From NCBI GenBank assembly GCA_000091205.1, contig AP006502.2: DNA of 64,000 nt, one strand, 5' to 3'. Each line of letters starts with the position of its first letter. The first letter of the stretch is position 1. The notes under the pieces were generated by a model. The model was not told the origin of the DNA. It saw nothing but the letters and a program-made list of their open reading frames with translations, and ran no database searches. The translations under genes were made by a program, and so were the position numbers. Below are positions 63,960-64,000 of the stretch, in pieces. The stretch comes from Cyanidioschyzon merolae (Eukaryota).

Positions 63960-64000
63960 TCTCTAAACCAGTTGCACGGTATGCACTGCCTACTCGACGA

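Noticed and set aside
1-64000. Search for prokaryotic signatures (CRISPR arrays, operons, defence islands, rRNA/tRNA genes)
   Set aside because: No short regularly spaced identical repeats with unique spacers. All tandem repeats found have long units (58 and 94 bp) or are microsatellites without spacers. Genes are monocistronic and on alternating strands with 0.4-4 kb spacers. I found no tRNA-like T-arm/D-arm pairings (GTTCGAATC-type) or rRNA-like blocks by eye, though a proper tRNAscan/Infernal run was not possible.

Overview
This window reads as eukaryotic nuclear DNA, not prokaryotic. It is GC-rich (roughly 55-60%) and intron-poor, and it carries about 21 recognisable protein-coding genes (20 complete, 1 partial at the left edge). 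Each is an uninterrupted ORF of several hundred codons, spaced about one gene per 3 kb, and every product is a eukaryote-type protein. The identifiable genes, left to right, are:
- BiP-like ER Hsp70, 5' end only, running off the left edge
- Cid1/Gld2-type non-canonical poly(A)/poly(U) polymerase
- mitochondrial succinate dehydrogenase flavoprotein (SDHA)
- RNA polymerase II subunit Rpb4
- E. coli-type (class II) dihydroorotase
- translation initiation factor eIF2A
- COQ2 4-hydroxybenzoate polyprenyltransferase
- Wee1-like kinase
- a Ycf20/DUF565-like plastid-type membrane protein
- a 1233-aa multi-domain protein: permuted-papain (YiiX/C92-like) domain, two cNMP-binding domains, EF hands, and a mitochondrial carrier
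- a glycine-zipper protein
- a sulfotransferase-like type II membrane protein
- Hep1/Zim17 DNL zinc-finger protein
- an HSF-type transcription factor
- an RRM protein
- a Sir2-family deacetylase
- a DP (E2F partner) transcription factor
- a LanC-like protein
- a Tul1-like polytopic RING-H2 ubiquitin ligase
- Nop58
- a CPBP/Abi-family intramembrane protease

I found no rRNA, tRNA, CRISPR array, operon structure or transposon ORFs.

Two things deserve a second look. The first is the cNMP-binding/EF-hand/mitochondrial-carrier fusion protein. The second is a pair of >99% identical ~0.8-kb direct repeats, 4.7 kb apart, that bracket COQ2 and WEE1. Other repetitive features are a 94-bp tandem repeat, a 58-bp tandem repeat directly upstream of eIF2A, several microsatellites, and alternating purine-pyrimidine GCATGC-rich tracts. 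There are also four 3-4 kb lower-GC blocks with no long ORFs.
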